NCBI GenBank assembly: GCA_016214075.1
Contig: JACRPI010000020.1
Coordinates: 55,917 to 119,916 of the forward strand
Origin: Candidatus Woesearchaeota archaeon
GTDB taxonomy: Archaea; Nanobdellota; Nanobdellia; Woesearchaeales; DSVV01
DNA: 64,000 bases
Direction of reading: 5' to 3'
In this document: piece after piece, positions 50,977-60,341 of the stretch
Numbering within the stretch: position 1 is the stretch's first letter
Layout: each line of letters opens with the position of its first letter
Translations under genes and position numbers: made by a program
The notes under the pieces: model-generated
Database searches by the model: none
What the model was told of the DNA's origin: nothing
What the model saw: only the letters and a program-made list of their open reading frames with translations

Positions 50977-52278
50977 ATGACTTATATGTTACGCAAAGAT
51001 CTTAGCGGAAGAAATGGAAGAACTATCGCTCAAGCAGAATATGCTTTTATTCCGGGAGCAGAGCAGGAAGTGTTTCGTCTTATTTCTGGTCCACCTGGAG
51101 ACTTTCGCGTTGTTGGTGGTTCGATCCGTAAATTTGTTACTGGTTCTGATAGAACTTTAGAGACTTTTTTACTTCGTGAGTATGCTCAACGAGGATTTTC
51201 TGTTCCTCATATTCGCTCTGAAGACGAAGAGGGTTTTGTTATGAATTATGTTCCTGGCACAACCTTTTTTGAAAAGATCTTTTTTGATTCTGCGTTGGAT
51301 GTTCCTCATTATATTGCGCTTTTACGAGAGAAATATGCAGTTGCTTCTATTATGGATAGTGTCTTACCAGAGATATTACCTGAAGAACAGAAAGCTCGAC
51401 TCCTCTTGAAAGAAGAAGAAAAAATCAAAGCGCTTGGAGCAACTCCTTTTGCTATAAACAATACTCCTTATACCGCAAAAGTTAAAGGAAGATATACTCA
51501 TTTAGAAGGTATCGATGTGCCATCGACATTCTTTGATTTTCTTGCTACTTTTGAACAACGCTTTGCTCCTCTTTTACAATCTGAAAAACATTGGTTTATT
51601 GAAGCAAATGGTCGTAATTGGGTAGAAGATGTTCGTCTTGATCTTGGGGGCGTTTTTGAAGGACATCCCGATTCGTTTTTACTTGACACTCCGTATCTCT
51701 TTTCCAATACATATTGGCTTCGCAGAAAAGCAGAGGCAGACTTTTTCTTACCACGTTATAATGCAGTTGAAAAAGCAAAAAATGATATTGTTATGGAAAA
51801 TGCAGTGAACGAAGGACGAGATCCTACTCGTGCTTTATTTGCGTATCAAATTTCTCGTGTGTATAGAAACCTTCTCGAACTTGCTTATTGTTATAATGAT
51901 GCATGCAAAACAAAAGAAAATATTGCTGATGATCCTGTTCCTCAGGGTGCTCGTTTGTTGATGTATGCGTCTATGATTTTTGCGCATCAAGAAATGCAGA
52001 ATTCTGGGGTTACAACAACTTTAAACACGCTCATTCAACAACAACCCGAAGCTGTTTCTGATTTGGTTCAAGAGTATCAGTCTTATAATTCAGCAGTTGA
52101 TCATGTGGTTAGACAAATGATGGCAAAATTAGGGTTGATGGAGCCTGCAGTTCTTGCTCAGGTCTTTACTCATTTTGCGTTTATGCGCGATAATTATCGA
52201 ACGTATGGTCCGGATAGTCCATTCTCTATTTTCTCCATGCATAATTCCTATGCTGATATTCGTTTGGTAGATTCTTAG
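50977..52278 (+). CDS. Hypothetical protein, possible kinase-like/APH fold
   Basis: ETFLLRE..GFSVPHI..FVMNYVPG; FIEANGRN and DLG weakly resemble HGD..N and DFG. Confidence 0.6.
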   Translation: MTYMLRKDLSGRNGRTIAQAEYAFIPGAEQEVFRLISGPPGDFRVVGGSIRKFVTGSDRTLETFLLREYAQRGFSVPHIRSEDEEGFVMNYVPGTTFFEKIFFDSALDVPHYIALLREKYAVASIMDSVLPEILPEEQKARLLLKEEEKIKALGATPFAINNTPYTAKVKGRYTHLEGIDVPSTFFDFLATFEQRFAPLLQSEKHWFIEANGRNWVEDVRLDLGGVFEGHPDSFLLDTPYLFSNTYWLRRKAEADFFLPRYNAVEKAKNDIVMENAVNEGRDPTRALFAYQISRVYRNLLELAYCYNDACKTKENIADDPVPQGARLLMYASMIFAHQEMQNSGVTTTLNTLIQQQPEAVSDLVQEYQSYNSAVDHVVRQMMAKLGLMEPAVLAQVFTHFAFMRDNYRTYGPDSPFSIFSMHNSYADIRLVDS

Positions 52279-53138
52279 ATAAGGAGCGCCACTACATGCG
52301 ATGAAAGCGCAAATAAATATTCTGAAATGGTGTGCATAGAAAGAGACATAGGAACACCTTTCAGTTCTTTTTTTCGCACATCAGAAAGCATTGTGTTTAT
52401 GCGCATTGCTTCTTCGAGTTTGTTCGCAAAGAGTGCGGATTGCAGCGCAGCAAAAGCATCAGTTTTTTGCTTAAGAAGTTCATATTCATGGTTTGACCAT
52501 ACTTTTTTTGTTCTTCCAATATCCACATAACACCCTGCAATTTTCTCTGCAAGAAAAACAAGTGTATAATATTCATAGCATCTATCATTTTGGAACGTAG
52601 TTTTATTGATTATAAGTTGACAGTAATCTCTTAGTTTTAGGATAGATATTCTCAGATCTTCTGCTTCTTTTGTCGTTTTCTTTTCCTTGATGTTTTCTAA
52701 AACTTCTTCTTGAAGCACTGTAATTGACGTAAAAAACTTCTGTAATACTGTTGCAAGCGTTGCTGTGTCAATCTTTAGTATATTTTTGATAATTACTTCT
52801 CTTTTACTTTGCTTTACAATGACTAGGCCAAGTAAGGTATCGACAATGCGCTGCATTGATGCGTAAGAAAAGTCTTCAGTGCTTCTCAATGTTATTGTTG
52901 TATATCCTCTTCTATACGCAGAAGCAAGAATTGTTCTTATTCGTGAATCATTCTGATTCTTTATTTCAAACGTCGTTGCTCTCTCCTGTTTTTGATATTC
53001 TGCTGCAATAAGAAGATTTCCATGACGCTCTTCGATCGTCACTTCTTCCTCTCCTGAAAGATTGTGCGCTCTCACCCATTCGATAGGAAGCGTGACAGTA
53101 AACCCTCCCGCGCCTTGTTTGATGAGTTTTCGCTTCAT
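52275..53138 (-). CDS. AbrB/SpoVT N-terminal + PhoU-like regulator
   Basis: RKLIKQGAGGFTVTLPIEWV; LASAYRRGY; helical repeats. Confidence 0.85.
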   Translation of the reverse strand: MKRKLIKQGAGGFTVTLPIEWVRAHNLSGEEEVTIEERHGNLLIAAEYQKQERATTFEIKNQNDSRIRTILASAYRRGYTTITLRSTEDFSYASMQRIVDTLLGLVIVKQSKREVIIKNILKIDTATLATVLQKFFTSITVLQEEVLENIKEKKTTKEAEDLRISILKLRDYCQLIINKTTFQNDRCYEYYTLVFLAEKIAGCYVDIGRTKKVWSNHEYELLKQKTDAFAALQSALFANKLEEAMRINTMLSDVRKKELKGVPMSLSMHTISEYLFALSSHVVALLI

Positions 53139-53178
53139 CTCTCTTGGAGAGATGCTGTTTCTTTTATAGTTTTGCTTT

Positions 53179-53204
53179 TTATATTATTCATATTAATAAT
53201 ATAA
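53179..53204. promoter_or_regulatory. Candidate operator in divergent promoter
   Basis: TTATATTATT-CATATT-AATAATATAA inverted repeat. Confidence 0.35.
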
Positions 53205-53300
53205 GAAAAATATAAATACTTGATGGATAACTATTCTATAGTGACGAAAGTCATAGATTACAGAAACAACAAAAAAAGAGAAAACAAAGGTGAATGAAAA

Positions 53301-53744
53301 ATGAGTGGATACAATGAAAGTAATAGTGGTTGGGCAATGTTTGGAAAAGCAACAGTGTGGGTAGTAGGATTAGGAGCTCTTGGGACAGGATTATATTTTG
53401 GCGGAAACTCGCTTTACCAAGAAGGAGTTAGTGATGGGAGAAATACGACATTACGAGAAACTTCCGCAGCATATGAGCAAAAACAAGCAGATCTCGTTGC
53501 AGCAGGTCTTGTTCTTCCTGAAAAAGGCTGTTTGCGTTATAAGAAAGAAGTGAACAGAGATGGCGATCCTATTAACGTAATTTCTTGCAGTGGTTCTTCT
53601 GCTACATTAGAACTTCGTCTTGTAAATGACACATTTGGGATTTTGACTTATACACAAGGAGCTGTTAAAAACACACTTACTCCTTTGTATGGTGACTTTT
53701 TATCCTTAAATAGGTATGTTACAAAAATAGAGCAAGTAAAATAG
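53301..53744 (+). CDS. Hypothetical membrane-anchored protein
   Basis: N-terminal Gly-rich TM helix. Confidence 0.7.
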   Translation: MSGYNESNSGWAMFGKATVWVVGLGALGTGLYFGGNSLYQEGVSDGRNTTLRETSAAYEQKQADLVAAGLVLPEKGCLRYKKEVNRDGDPINVISCSGSSATLELRLVNDTFGILTYTQGAVKNTLTPLYGDFLSLNRYVTKIEQVK

Positions 53745-53869
53745 ATAACAAATAATTTTTTCTTTTCTTCCATTTCCTTTATAAACTTTAAGCTGCTATC
53801 GTAAGAAAACAGTAAAATCTTACGATGCCATCGTAAAGTTTATAAATAATCATGCTTTTCTTATGATAT

Positions 53870-55051
53870 ATGGAAGAAGCATTCACATTAATGAATCCGT
53901 GGTGGAGTAATAATTCTCTCAATACAGGCATCAGAAGGGAAAAATATCTCGTTCCGCTCCTTTCTTCTCTTGACAAAAAAGAAATTGCCTTTTTGACAGG
54001 TTTACGAAGAGTGGGAAAAACAACGCTTCTTAAACAAATTATTCAGGAACTCCTCGCAAAAACTGAACCAAACACCATTCTTTATCTTACTCTGGACTTT
54101 ATCACTTTTCATGGAATGACTATTCACGCGCTTATTGAAGCGTTTCGTAAAATGCATGGTCATACACGAGATAAAAAGATTTACTTATTTTTAGATGAGA
54201 TCGTCCATGTTCCCTCTTTTGAACAAGAGCTTAAGAATTTTTATGATTTGGAGCATGTAAAAATTTATGCCTCCTCTTCTTCAGCGTCTCTACTTCGTTC
54301 AAAAAATAATTATCTTGTTGGAAGATCGCGCATTATTGAGATTCATCCTCTTGACTTTTCAGAGTATCTTCTCTTTAAAGGAATCATTGTAAAAAAAGAA
54401 GAAAGTTATCTTCTTGACAAACATTTTGAGCAATATGTACTTTATGGTGGACTTCCTGAATATGTTATTACAGGAGATCCTCAAACGATTAAGACAACAA
54501 TAGAACAAATTATGTATAAAGACATTATTGCTGTTTATAACATTAAAGATAAGGAAACTGTAGAAAAACTCTTCTTGCTTCTCTGTGAGCGCGTGGGAAA
54601 GAGACTCAGTTATGCAAAGATTGCGCGTATCTTAGGATGTAGTGTTGATAGTGTTAGAAGATATATTGGTTATTTTGAGGAGACTTTTTTGTTTTATACT
54701 ATTGAACGATATGCACGCTCTCTTAATGAACGCACTTTTTCTCCTAAAAAAGTATACATCGCTGACACTGGCATTCATACTGTCTTTGTCGGGGCAAAAG
54801 ACAAGGGCGCTCTTTTTGAAAATCTTATTTTCATGGAAATAAAGGATAATTCTGTCCATTATTATTTTGAAAACGGAAAAGAAATTGATTTTATACTTGT
54901 GAAACCGAAAGAAAAGATTGCTATTGAAGTAAAATATAAAGAAAAAATAGAAAAAGAAGAGCTTTCTTTCTTTCATGAGTCTCCATTCTCAAAAAAAATA
55001 CTCGTTCAAAATTACAAAGATTTGCAGAAGCTCTCTTCCTTCATCGCTTAA
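53870..55051 (+). CDS. AAA_14 ATPase with DUF4143
   Basis: GLRRVGKTT, FLDEI, YGGLPE, KVYIADTG, LFEN, EIDF, IEVK. Confidence 0.93.
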   Translation: MEEAFTLMNPWWSNNSLNTGIRREKYLVPLLSSLDKKEIAFLTGLRRVGKTTLLKQIIQELLAKTEPNTILYLTLDFITFHGMTIHALIEAFRKMHGHTRDKKIYLFLDEIVHVPSFEQELKNFYDLEHVKIYASSSSASLLRSKNNYLVGRSRIIEIHPLDFSEYLLFKGIIVKKEESYLLDKHFEQYVLYGGLPEYVITGDPQTIKTTIEQIMYKDIIAVYNIKDKETVEKLFLLLCERVGKRLSYAKIARILGCSVDSVRRYIGYFEETFLFYTIERYARSLNERTFSPKKVYIADTGIHTVFVGAKDKGALFENLIFMEIKDNSVHYYFENGKEIDFILVKPKEKIAIEVKYKEKIEKEELSFFHESPFSKKILVQNYKDLQKLSSFIA

Positions 55052-55829
55052 TTATATTCCATCCCGCAAGAATATCATGCGTGAGAGAAGTATCTTTCTT
55101 TGGTCCAAGACCATCCTGAAATTCTTCGCCAATTACTTTTGCCGCGAGCTTTTTATAGGCAAGCGCGGCTTCACCGTCAGGATGCGTATACAGAACAGGA
55201 CCTTTCAACTGATACGCAGCGCGAACACTGCTCTCTTCAGGAATAACACCAATCACAGGAACTTCAAGGAACGCTTCAATATTCTGGATGTCAATTTCAT
55301 GCTCTTCACCACGAACTCTGTTGACAATAATTCCCACAACCTGTTTATTCAGTTCTCGCGCCATCTTGATTGTCTTTCTCGCGTCGCTCATCGCCGCTAA
55401 ATCAGGCGTGGTGATTGGAAGAACAAAATCCACCGCGTCAATAATTGTCTGCGCTTCTGGGCTCACGCCTGGCGCTCCATCGACAATAACAAGCTCTGCT
55501 TTTCCATCGAGTTCATGGATTATTGTTTTGAACCCTGCAAGATTAATTGCTTTTGAACTTTCATACGCGATGTTTCCGGGAATAATGCGAAGTCCGCACG
55601 GGTGATAATACAAACAAGAACTTAATGGTACTTTTCCGTCGAGCGCGTCATGGATAGAAGATGGAAGTGTTGGAACGCCAAGATGAATAGACATATTTGG
55701 CGCAGTAAGATCCGCGTCAATCGCAATGACATTTCTGCCAAAAAATGACAGCGCGCTTGCAAGATTGATTGATGTGGTTGTTTTTCCCACACCCCCTTTT
55801 GCACTAATTACTGCAAAGTATTTTGTCAT
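55041..55829 (-). CDS. minD: MinD/ParA-family ATPase
   Basis: KGGVGKTT deviant Walker A, IDADL, VDGAPG, IVNRV. Confidence 0.9.
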   Translation of the reverse strand: MTKYFAVISAKGGVGKTTTSINLASALSFFGRNVIAIDADLTAPNMSIHLGVPTLPSSIHDALDGKVPLSSCLYYHPCGLRIIPGNIAYESSKAINLAGFKTIIHELDGKAELVIVDGAPGVSPEAQTIIDAVDFVLPITTPDLAAMSDARKTIKMARELNKQVVGIIVNRVRGEEHEIDIQNIEAFLEVPVIGVIPEESSVRAAYQLKGPVLYTHPDGEAALAYKKLAAKVIGEEFQDGLGPKKDTSLTHDILAGWNIIKR

Positions 55830-55844
55830 TACAGGTCACTTCTT

Positions 55845-56315
55845 TTACATCAACGCTTTGATATAATCAAAATATTCCTTCATATTCTTGTAAAACTCTG
55901 TTACTTTATCAATGTGCACATGATATTCTCCTTCATCAAGTTGCGCGATCAGCGTGACATGTCTTCTGTATTCGTTAATGCTGTTGTACTCCGCTTTGCT
56001 TAATGTCTTTATGAGAATATAAAATTCCAAGAAATTCATTAATGTCTTGTCGTCGGGATAGAGGCGCTTGAGCTCCTTGCATTTCATCATCGGATGCGGC
56101 GTCAAGCTTTTTACTTTTCCTGTGCTTTTCGCGTGCTCGCCGAGCGCGTTCATCATGCATTCGCATGTCGCGATCATTCTCTCGACAACATTCTTGAGCA
56201 CGTCTGTTGTTCGTGTGTATTTTAGACTGACATAGATCAAGTGATCGACACGTTTCAATTCTTCGTATGCTTCTTCCAGTTGATCTCTCATGTTTTCACA
56301 CACTCTCTGATACAC
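55845..56315 (-). CDS. Hypothetical protein (HEPN-like helical appearance)
   Basis: ELKRVDHLIYVSLKYTRT, EYRRHVT; clean ORF. Confidence 0.7.
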   Translation of the reverse strand: MYQRVCENMRDQLEEAYEELKRVDHLIYVSLKYTRTTDVLKNVVERMIATCECMMNALGEHAKSTGKVKSLTPHPMMKCKELKRLYPDDKTLMNFLEFYILIKTLSKAEYNSINEYRRHVTLIAQLDEGEYHVHIDKVTEFYKNMKEYFDYIKALM

Positions 56316-56477
56316 ACTTCTTTATATTTCCTTCTCTTCTCTTCGAGAACTGAATTTTATAATGATTATATAATCATCTTTATAAGGTTTGTGTGTCTTT
56401 TTTGTTTTTGCTCTTCATTCTTTGTTACCGAGAGATGCTCCTTTTCGCATTTTTGCTTTCTCTCATTTTCGCAAAGT

Positions 56478-56485
56478 TTATATAC
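56478..56485 (+). promoter_or_regulatory. TATA box for the microprotein array
   Basis: TTTATATA preceded by purine-rich BRE-like GCAAAG, ~45 bp upstream of the 56528 ATG. Confidence 0.5.
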
Positions 56486-56527
56486 TATTCTTTCTGGTGA
56501 ATGATGTTACACAAAAGAGGTGTTTAG

Positions 56528-56695
56528 ATGGGAGATGCAAAAACAAGTTACAAAGTTGGTGGGAATCAAGCGAAAGGAAATCCAAAGAGTATTGAAGCGC
56601 AAAATAAAGTAGGGAATGTTCGCTCTTCAGGAACTATTAAAGGAACAACAGGAACACAACGTGGATTAGGCGCAGGATTAAAACGACGAAAATAA
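56528..56695 (+). CDS. Basic Gly/Lys-rich microprotein 1 (55 aa)
   Basis: Manual translation MGDAKTSYKVGGNQAKGNPKSIEAQNKVGNVRSSGTIKGTTGTQRGLGAGLKRRK. Confidence 0.75.
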   Translation: MGDAKTSYKVGGNQAKGNPKSIEAQNKVGNVRSSGTIKGTTGTQRGLGAGLKRRK

Positions 56696-56747
56696 TTTAT
56701 TCATATTTATAACAATTTCATAACAATAAATAAAAAAAGGTGAGAAT

Positions 56748-56915
56748 ATGCCAGATAAAAGCAAAACAAACAAAATTAAACATGGTGGTTCAGTAAGTGC
56801 TGTGGGCGCTAAGGTTACAAAAAGGACTATTGGTGAAAATGACTTTGATCAAGGTCAAGCAAGCACAAAATTTACTTCAAAACGTCAATTTGGCGGTAAA
56901 GTGAAAAGAGAGTAA
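56748..56915 (+). CDS. Basic microprotein 2 (55 aa)
   Basis: AGGTGA SD; MPDKSKTNKIKHGGSVSAVGAKVTKRTIGENDFDQGQASTKFTSKRQFGGKVKRE. Confidence 0.8.
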   Translation: MPDKSKTNKIKHGGSVSAVGAKVTKRTIGENDFDQGQASTKFTSKRQFGGKVKRE

Positions 56916-56930
56916 CGAGAGGCGAATATC

Positions 56931-57101
56931 ATGGTAGTTCGAGGACATACGCTTACTCAAGCACGGAAAGGATTTACTGATACATCTGAAAAAAATATAG
57001 CAAGAACTGTTAAAGCACAGTCTGGTTCAGGTCAGAAAGGTGCTAATGAATCAGGTGGATTTGCTGCTTCGCGTGGTCTTGGATTGAAAAAACGTTCATA
57101 A
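56931..57101 (+). CDS. Basic microprotein 3 (56 aa)
   Basis: GAGGCGA SD-like; MVVRGHTLTQARKGFTDTSEKNIARTVKAQSGSGQKGANESGGFAASRGLGLKKRS. Confidence 0.78.
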   Translation: MVVRGHTLTQARKGFTDTSEKNIARTVKAQSGSGQKGANESGGFAASRGLGLKKRS

Positions 57102-57129
57102 TTTGATAAAAAAAAGGAGGATGATTTTA

Positions 57130-57303
57130 ATGGGAGTAATACCACATGGAAAAACAACAGGTCAAGGAGTTAAAGGAAAAACAGCAGGTCTTAGCGCGAC
57201 CAAAACAGGCATTGCAGCAGGTCACTCATTTACTATATCTCGTTCAGGAAAGACAGATAAAAAATCAGGCCTTGCAGCATTAACAGGACGAGGAAAACAG
57301 TAA
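57130..57303 (+). CDS. Basic microprotein 4 (57 aa)
   Basis: AGGAGG SD; MGVIPHGKTTGQGVKGKTAGLSATKTGIAAGHSFTISRSGKTDKKSGLAALTGRGKQ. Confidence 0.8.
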   Translation: MGVIPHGKTTGQGVKGKTAGLSATKTGIAAGHSFTISRSGKTDKKSGLAALTGRGKQ

Positions 57304-57311
57304 TCTTTTTT

Positions 57312-57494
57312 ATGGCAATCAAAGGAAAAAGTACAGGACGCACTGCGCGTGAAAATGAACCAGCAGGTTTATGGCAGTCACGACAGCGCGCAGGAAAAGC
57401 GACGGGACTTAGTCGAGGATCCGCTAAACAGCTCTCTGGAAAATCTTCTGTTACTGTCAACAAACAGAAATATACCACAGATCAGTTTTCTTGA
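57312..57494 (+). CDS. Basic microprotein 5 (60 aa)
   Basis: MAIKGKSTGRTARENEPAGLWQSRQRAGKATGLSRGSAKQLSGKSSVTVNKQKYTTDQFS; followed by a T-rich tract. Confidence 0.75.
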   Translation: MAIKGKSTGRTARENEPAGLWQSRQRAGKATGLSRGSAKQLSGKSSVTVNKQKYTTDQFS

Positions 57495-57560
57495 TTTTGT
57501 TGTTTCTTTTTTCTCTTTTTTTGAGAAGTTTTAAAAGTATGTTCTTGTTTTTGGTTCTAT

Positions 57561-58724
57561 ATGAAAAAAACAGCTGTAAAAGCTTCGAAAACACTTTCTT
57601 CTCCTGCTCTCACACTCACGTTTCGCGGGTTTGAAGCGATTGCCGCCCTTGAAGTAAAAGAAATTCTTGGAAAAAAAGCTCTTGCTGCTGCAGAATATGT
57701 GACTTTCTCTGCAACAGATACAGAACTTGCGGAACTCTGCTATAAAACACAAGCAGCACGACGGGTTTTGCGGCTCTTTTGCACATTTTCTTTTTCTACT
57801 TTTGATTCTCTTGTCGCTTCGACAACAGCGCTTCTTGAAAAAGCAGATCTTTCGCTTCTTTCTGGAAAAACATTTCGTGTCGAATGCGAACGCTATGGCA
57901 ACCACTCTTTTAGCAGTCAAGAGGTTGCTGCGACACTTGGAGGTGTTTTTCTCAAGCAACAACCACAAGCGTCTGTTGGTCTTGACGATCCAGACATTAT
58001 TATTTATTGTTTTATTCGTGATGATCTTTGCATTCTCGGGCTTGATTTCGCAGGATTTGATCTTTCCAAACGAGAGTATAAAATTTACGCGCAGACTCAT
58101 ATGCTCAACGCGGCGTTTGCGTATTGCGTTGTTCGTTACACAGGGTATGCAGGGAAACAGGCGCTTGTTGATCCTCTTTGTGGCGTTGGTTTACTTCCTC
58201 TTGAAGCAGCGCTCTTTGCAACGCGCATGTCTCCACGCTTTTATCAGAAACAAATTTTTTTATTTCATCGTTTTTTGACAATTGATCTTGGAAAATTTGA
58301 CAAAGAAGTTCCTAAAAAAGTGCTTGACACGATTTCTCTTCACGGCTATGATGTGCATCTTCGTAATCTTGAGGCGTCCAAGAAACACGCGAAACTTGCC
58401 GGCGTCGCGAAGCATATCACTTTCGCGCGAGGAGACATTGAGTGGATTGACACAAAAGTTGATGAGAAATCACAGGACATTGTTGTCAGCCAAATGCCTG
58501 TTGAAGGCCGCGCAGTTTCTGAAAAAGATATGCTTAAACTCTACAAAGAGTTTTTTTATCAGCTTGAGTTTGTCATGAAGGATACTGGTGTTATGGTTTT
58601 GCTTTGTCAGAAAACAGCGGTTTTGAAAAATGCTTTGGAATATTTCATGATTGTCAAAGAACATATTGTTTGGCAAGGTGAACAGCAGTTTATTTTGGTT
58701 ACACTGAAGAAAGTGAAAACGTAA
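57561..58724 (+). CDS. THUMP-domain RNA methyltransferase (Trm14/RlmL-like), divergent motifs
   Basis: FRVECER..HSFSSQEV, VGLDDPD, DLSKREYK, VDPLCGVG. Confidence 0.85.
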   Translation: MKKTAVKASKTLSSPALTLTFRGFEAIAALEVKEILGKKALAAAEYVTFSATDTELAELCYKTQAARRVLRLFCTFSFSTFDSLVASTTALLEKADLSLLSGKTFRVECERYGNHSFSSQEVAATLGGVFLKQQPQASVGLDDPDIIIYCFIRDDLCILGLDFAGFDLSKREYKIYAQTHMLNAAFAYCVVRYTGYAGKQALVDPLCGVGLLPLEAALFATRMSPRFYQKQIFLFHRFLTIDLGKFDKEVPKKVLDTISLHGYDVHLRNLEASKKHAKLAGVAKHITFARGDIEWIDTKVDEKSQDIVVSQMPVEGRAVSEKDMLKLYKEFFYQLEFVMKDTGVMVLLCQKTAVLKNALEYFMIVKEHIVWQGEQQFILVTLKKVKT

Positions 58725-58807
58725 GTGCTATTGATCTTGCAAGTGAACTCGTTATCTTTCTATAAGAAGTAGAGGAAGTTACTCCTACTTATCGATACTT
58801 CCATAAT

Positions 58808-58985
58808 ACCCCAATGCTCTGTGGGAGCATTGGGTCCCCCTGACAATTTGCTTTTGTGGATGTGTGTGTATTGCTGGTGCGTGTTTTCTTCCTTGTTGAA
58901 TAAAGCTTCGCTAAGCTTGTGTCTGAATCGCCTCATCGAATAAAGCAATCGCTCAGCAGTCCTTGAGAATCCCTCTGTCTTTATT
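58808..58985 (+). repeat. Dispersed hairpin element, copy 5 (with extended tail)
   Basis: ACCCCAATGCTC-TGTGG-GAGCATTGGGTCCCCCTGAC..TTGCTGGTGCGTGTTT..GCAGTCCTTGAGAATCCCTCTGTCTTTATT. Confidence 0.9.
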
Positions 58986-59085
58986 AGTTATTTCATGTCT
59001 AAGGAAAAAAATATTTCCTCACCTGAAAGATCAGAGTGTACAAAAATTAGAAACTTATATATACCTCTCTTTCTAGGAATTTATC

Positions 59086-59412
59086 ATGGGCGTTCAGATC
59101 GAAGAAAAGAGTCAAACTCTATATCGTAAATTAAATCTCTTTGAGATTGGTCTCTTTTTTGCAGGTCTTGGCGTTATCTTTGTCGGTTTCTTCCTTCTTT
59201 ATAAACAATATAGTTTAGATGGCTATTTTTCCTGGGGTTTACTTCAAGGTGTCTTTCTCTGGTTGATTCTTATTGTTATTATTATTATCGCGGCGCTTCT
59301 TGAAAATGTTAAGGAAGAACTTTCTATTGTCATTAAAGAACATATTGCAGAGACGAAGTTATTACGTCAGGAAACTGTTTTATTGAAGGATTGCATTAAG
59401 AGAAAACGATAA
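59086..59412 (+). CDS. Hypothetical two-TM membrane protein
   Basis: Two hydrophobic helices plus C-terminal coil. Confidence 0.75.
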   Translation: MGVQIEEKSQTLYRKLNLFEIGLFFAGLGVIFVGFFLLYKQYSLDGYFSWGLLQGVFLWLILIVIIIIAALLENVKEELSIVIKEHIAETKLLRQETVLLKDCIKRKR

Positions 59413-59457
59413 GAATTTTTGATTACTTTTTTAAATCATGCTTCTTTTCTTCTGTTT

Positions 59458-60297
59458 ATGGGTATTGAAGTTCTTATTTGGGATTTTGATGGAACAGCAA
59501 CAAAGGTTGACGAGGAAGCTGTTAATTTTGTTGTTGGGTATAAAGAAGGCTTTGCGAAAGCAGTAAACGTTTCTCTGCGTACATTGAATCCTTTTTGGAA
59601 TATTATGGAGAGACGTGTTCGTGAAAATCCCACACAACATGGCTGGACAGTTAATGGTAAAATCGTTGCTCCTGCGTATGCAGATCCTTTAGTGGAATGC
59701 AGAACTATTGGAGATTTTCTTCTTCTTGAGCATGGAGAGTATCAACATGATCCTCAAAAAAGAGATGCGCTTCTTTACAAACTCTTTAGAGAAAATTATC
59801 CCAAATGCACCATTGTGTTTAAAGAAGACGCGGCGGCAGCATTTAGGGCTTCACAAGATTTTACCCCAACGTATGTGGTCACCAACTCAGAAACAGACGC
59901 TGTTCAGGGAAAAATTAACCTGCTTGGCACAGATGTTTCTCGAATCACTGTTCTTGGTGGCGCAAAGAAATACGTCCTTGATGATGAATGGATAGCTCTT
60001 CCAGAATCTTTGGAAGAACCAGGCTTTGGACGACCTCTTTATCTTCGTCGAAAAAATTATGCAGACATTCTTTCTCGCATTATGAAGGAAAAAGGGGTTG
60101 CTCCAGAACAGGTGCTTGTCGCAGGAGACATTTATGAGTTAGATCTTCTTCTTCCACAGCAACTCGGTATGCATATTGCATTGCTTCCTCGTGAGAGAAC
60201 TCCCGCGTATGAAAGAAGCGCAGTTACTTCATATGCTCGTGGTGTTGTTCTTGCAACACCCAGTGACGTTGTCCGGTATGCTCGGCAAGTACAATAA
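59458..60297 (+). CDS. HAD-superfamily hydrolase
   Basis: IWDFDGT (motif I), VVTNS (II), VAGDIYELDL (IV). Confidence 0.88.
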   Translation: MGIEVLIWDFDGTATKVDEEAVNFVVGYKEGFAKAVNVSLRTLNPFWNIMERRVRENPTQHGWTVNGKIVAPAYADPLVECRTIGDFLLLEHGEYQHDPQKRDALLYKLFRENYPKCTIVFKEDAAAAFRASQDFTPTYVVTNSETDAVQGKINLLGTDVSRITVLGGAKKYVLDDEWIALPESLEEPGFGRPLYLRRKNYADILSRIMKEKGVAPEQVLVAGDIYELDLLLPQQLGMHIALLPRERTPAYERSAVTSYARGVVLATPSDVVRYARQVQ

Positions 60298-60341
60298 TCT
60301 GGCACAAACTATTAAAACAAACAGCTCTTTTTCTCTCTTTT

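Noticed and set aside
56528-57494. Microprotein array as a RiPP precursor cluster
   Set aside because: No leader-core repeat structure and no recognisable modifying enzyme, protease or exporter adjacent; kept only as a minor hypothesis.
57349-57534. Alternative overlapping ORFs (57349-57534 +, 57233-57478 -, 57531-58100 -) and the many other shadow ORFs in the track
   Set aside because: They overlap better-supported genes, lack SD or motif support, and have composition typical of off-frame translation.
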